Below, one piece after another: positions 60,936-64,000 of a stretch of 64,000 nt of DNA. The notes beneath the pieces were generated by a model. That model searched no databases. It was not told the origin of the DNA and was given only the letters and a program-made list of their open reading frames with translations. A program made the translations under genes and the position numbers. Source of the stretch: Candidatus Oxydemutatoraceae bacterium (GTDB taxonomy: Bacteria; Pseudomonadota; Gammaproteobacteria; Poriferisulfidales; Oxydemutatoraceae); the NCBI GenBank assembly GCA_965219575.1, contig OZ244779.1:2252769-2316768 (forward strand). The letters run 5' to 3'. How positions within the stretch are numbered: the first letter of the stretch is position 1; each line of letters starts with the position of its first letter.

Positions 60936-61400
60936 GGTGGCGCAAGCGGTTGAATTCATGCAGACACTTCTACAACCACCCCGTCAGGCTGAATAGAGCC
61001 GCCGATTGAACCAGCAGGTCAATCGGCGTGACTTTGTTCAGAACCTCAACATGACTGCTAAACGCATGCATTGCAAAATGCATAGGCCACCCCTCCACAG
61101 GAGGGGAATTAACTTGTGCAGACCCGCTGGGACTGTTGAAAAAGTGCGGCATCGTACGAATCCAATCACTTGCGCCATTTGGTTTTGGTTTCCATAAATT
61201 GGATGGATGAATGTATAAATGGTGTAGGAACAACGCGTTACGGGCGGACATGTTAGTCCGCCCCTACGGGTGGTTTGCAAATATTCACAGCGCAAGCGGT
61301 TACGATTGCGCCGTGACGATACTTTTTCAACAGCCCGACTTCTACAACCACCCTGTCAGGCTAAATAGAACCGCCGATTGAACCGGTAGGTCAAGTGGCG
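60936..61400. repeat. Compound cluster of modular repeat elements
   Basis: Canonical copy at 61129-61335, flanked on both sides by ACTTCTACAACCACCC.GTCAGGCT.AATAGA.CCGCCGATTGAACC direct repeats. Confidence 0.92.
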
Positions 61401-61529
61401 GTCCTGTTTTTGATACCGTTCGTCGGAAATGCAAAACAGCACCACATCGCCTATTTTATGATCCGACCATGATTAGACGGCTTGCTATGCTGCAAGCTCT
61501 TTCTTATAATTCAACTGAAGAGGTTAAAA

Positions 61530-62147
61530 ATGGAAAATATAGAAAATGTAGATAACTTAACCATTGAAACTATTTACAAAATGGTGCTTGAAATGAAGTC
61601 AAAGCTGGACTTTCTAGAATCGGAAACGCATGCCCCACAATCGGACAAGGCAGGTTTGTACATGGAAAGTATAGACCTAAGATTAAGCAATGTTAATTCC
61701 GACATCGTAAACATGAAAGCTGATACAGAAAGCATAAAGCTAAGATTAAGCAATGTTGAAACCGATATAGGAAGCATGAAACTGAGACTAAGCAATGTTG
61801 AAGCCGACATCGTGGACATGAAAACCGAGATGGCAGATATGAAAACCGATATAACAGTCATGAAAGCTGATATAGAAGATATAAAATTAAGGTTAAGCAA
61901 GGTTGAAGCCGATATCGTAGACATGAAAACTGAGATGGCGGTTATGAAAACCGACATCGCGAATATAAAAGCTGATATTGTAGACATGAAAGCCGACATC
62001 GCAGAAATGAGAAGGGATATTGCGAAAAATGCAGCGGAACAATCTAAATTGAGAGATGATATCTATAAATGGGGTCTAGTGTTGGCTGCTAGCATCGTTG
62101 TTTCGGTAAGTTCTATTGTCAGTATGGTCGTAATTTTTGTGAACTAA
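61530..62147 (+). CDS. Long coiled-coil, C-terminally anchored protein (DUF1640/CCDC90-like)
   Basis: Heptad repeats (IKLRLSNVEADIVDMKT...) followed by KW + TM. The start is inferred from upstream DNA shared with the 5084 paralog. Confidence 0.82.
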   Translation: MENIENVDNLTIETIYKMVLEMKSKLDFLESETHAPQSDKAGLYMESIDLRLSNVNSDIVNMKADTESIKLRLSNVETDIGSMKLRLSNVEADIVDMKTEMADMKTDITVMKADIEDIKLRLSKVEADIVDMKTEMAVMKTDIANIKADIVDMKADIAEMRRDIAKNAAEQSKLRDDIYKWGLVLAASIVVSVSSIVSMVVIFVN

Positions 62148-62165
62148 TGCCTGGAGCCTGAGAAT

Positions 62166-62556
62166 GGGGGCTGTTGGGAGAATAGTCTCTACCTCTACAG
62201 GAGAGGAATTAACCAGTACAGATACGACGAGGCTGTTGAAAAAATACTGTTCCGCAAAATTGCAACCGCTTGCACCATTGAATTTACGATAACCACCGAG
62301 TCGTAGGGGCAGACCTGTGTGTCTGCCCTTAAGTATCACTCTGCACGACACCAACCGCTTGCGCCAACAAATAATGGTTTCCATAATACTAATGGGTGAA
62401 CGCGTTAATCGTGCAAACATGATACGTTTCGGGCGGACATGCAAGTCCGCCCCTACGGCGGTTTGCAAATGTTCATGGCGCACAGCGATTGGGTTTGAGC
62501 AATGCCCATACTTTTTCAACAGCCCCCTTCCACGACGAACCTGCCACAGGAGGGAA
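62166..62556. repeat. Compound modular repeat element
   Basis: Left ends at ~62166 and ~62231, right end TACTTTTTCAACAGCCCCC at 62527. About 100 bp are near-identical to 43800-43900. Confidence 0.9.
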
Positions 62557-62559
62557 AGC

Positions 62560-63528
62560 CTACGATAAGGGCCAGAGGCTTCGGATTGCGGCGATGCCTT
62601 GTGCGCCGTGCATCCGGCAGTCGGCTAAATCGGCAGTTTCGAGTCCGCCGATTGCATAGACCGGTATCGTTATGTCTTTTACGAGTGTCCCGAAGGTCTC
62701 CCAACCTAAAGGCGGTTCTCCGGGATGGCTGGGTGTCGTTTTAAGCGGTCCGAGTAAAGCAAAGTCGGCTTCTAATCGGAAAGCCTGTTCAAGTTCTGCA
62801 CGATTGTGGCACGAGACGGCAAGCAGTTTGTCCTCAGGCAACGGGCGAGTGCGATATTTCGCGGCGTATTCGGCACTGAGTTGTACACCGGCAACATTCA
62901 AGATATCTACCTGGGCGGGGTGATTATGTATCAATAATTTATTGCACCATGCCGAGGACTGCGATAACAGCTTGCGCGCATACTCTATATAAGTGCGGCT
63001 ATCGAGTTCGGTGGCACGAAAGACGGCAAGCGATATACCCGATTGAAATGCCGCATTCAAACCTCGTTTTAGTATGCTCAAGTCAAGCGATGCAGGAGTT
63101 ATTAAATAGCGATCGGGCAGCGATAACGCTTTGATAATTACGCCGTTCGCCGGCGGAAAATCACCGGCTTTGAGTTCCGATACGGCTCGCCATTCCAACG
63201 ACCGGTAAAAATGAGAACCCGGCACACCCCGACAATTTTTTATCTTGTACACACTAAACAAATATCGTTGTGCGTCATAACACCATTCAAACTCAATGAG
63301 CGGTTCGGCATCGGTTTCTTTTATTACCAGCCTGAGTTCTTCTTTTAATTCTCGCGCTACGGCGCGTCTCGGTGTCTCGTTTGATTTGACCTTGCCGCCG
63401 GGAAATTCCCAACAGCCTCCTAGATGCAGTCCATTCTCTCGCCAACCGACGAGTACCCGGTTATCTCGTAAAACAACGCCCAGAGCGACTGAAATTGTCG
63501 GGGTTGTTTTAAGTGCGGTATGCGGCAT
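62560..63528 (-). CDS. mutT: MutT Nudix hydrolase fused to thiamine-phosphate-synthase-like domain
   Basis: Nudix box WEFPGGKV..NET...ARELKEE, then SCHN, TPSHPG, PVYAIGG, AAIRSLW; downstream of argJ. Confidence 0.9.
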   Translation of the reverse strand: MPHTALKTTPTISVALGVVLRDNRVLVGWRENGLHLGGCWEFPGGKVKSNETPRRAVARELKEELRLVIKETDAEPLIEFEWCYDAQRYLFSVYKIKNCRGVPGSHFYRSLEWRAVSELKAGDFPPANGVIIKALSLPDRYLITPASLDLSILKRGLNAAFQSGISLAVFRATELDSRTYIEYARKLLSQSSAWCNKLLIHNHPAQVDILNVAGVQLSAEYAAKYRTRPLPEDKLLAVSCHNRAELEQAFRLEADFALLGPLKTTPSHPGEPPLGWETFGTLVKDITIPVYAIGGLETADLADCRMHGAQGIAAIRSLWPLS

Positions 63529-64000
63529 TAATTCTCACATAGTCTTCGGTCAAATCCGATGTCCATATTGTTGCGCTTTCGGTGCCTCTATCAAGTGATA
63601 CGCTCAAACGGACTTCGGGCTTCTCCATAATAGCCTTTGCAATCGCTTCATCGTAATTCGGATCTATAGCACCGCGATGGAACAAACGATGATCACCCAT
63701 AAAGCAGCTCACCTTGTTTATATCCAGTGCCTCCAAGCCGCTGCGCCCTACCGCAAGAATAATCCTCCCCCAATTCGGATCGGCGGCAGCAAAAGCTGTT
63801 TTAACCAGTGGCGAGTGTGCAATCGTATAAGCGACTTGCCGCGCCTCTTCGTGAGATTGTGCTTGCTCCACATGTATTTCTATAAAATGACTTGCGCCTT
63901 CTGCGTCACGAACGATCATTTTTGCTAATTCTTGCAGGACCGCTTTCAATGTCTCGGAGAAAGCATCTTTTTCGGATACGGCTAGCGACTCCCAATCGAT
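63509..64000 (-). CDS. argJ: Ornithine acetyltransferase ArgJ, 3' part (5' end outside window)
   Basis: IVRDAEGA, SPLVKTA, DPNWGR, WTSDLTEDYVRINAAYRT; frame is open to the window edge. Confidence 0.95.
   Translation of the reverse strand: MDWESLAVSEKDAFSETLKAVLQELAKMIVRDAEGASHFIEIHVEQAQSHEEARQVAYTIAHSPLVKTAFAAADPNWGRIILAVGRSGLEALDINKVSCFMGDHRLFHRGAIDPNYDEAIAKAIMEKPEVRLSVSLDRGTESATIWTSDLTEDYVRINAAYRT

Overview
A gammaproteobacterial chromosome segment, probably from a host-associated or symbiotic lineage (inference). The housekeeping backbone is gspC-gspD-exeA-exeB, coaD-yfhL-ggt, rsmI-lpoA-yraN, glcD, pilWXE, ispB, rph-rdgB-hemW, iscRSUA-hscBA-fdx, hflXKC-yjeT-hisZ-purA and argJ-mutT. It is interrupted about 15 times by a modular intergenic repeat family with GGGCTGTTGAAAAAGT inverted ends, a GTAG-type REP hairpin and other shuffled hairpin modules. 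Accessory content includes: (1) a ~10 kb type III secretion sub-cluster with tandem EspA/SseB/Bsp22-like filament genes, a SctE translocator but no adjacent SctB, chaperones, a candidate effector, sctC and sctD; (2) several DNA-methylation or defence modules: an orphan MTase, a decayed REase-MTase pair between 358-bp ispB direct repeats, a ParB-like + Dam pair inserted in the hfl operon, and a type I RM carrying a two-gene cassette bounded by duplicated hsdR ends; (3) two dispersed paralog families: secreted proteins with constant ends, a variable core and an -SKVFLEGPLQ terminus, and variable-length membrane-anchored coiled coils; (4) mtdA. No rRNA, tRNA, CRISPR array, integrase or intact transposase was recognised. 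All family assignments come from motif recognition by eye, not database searches.
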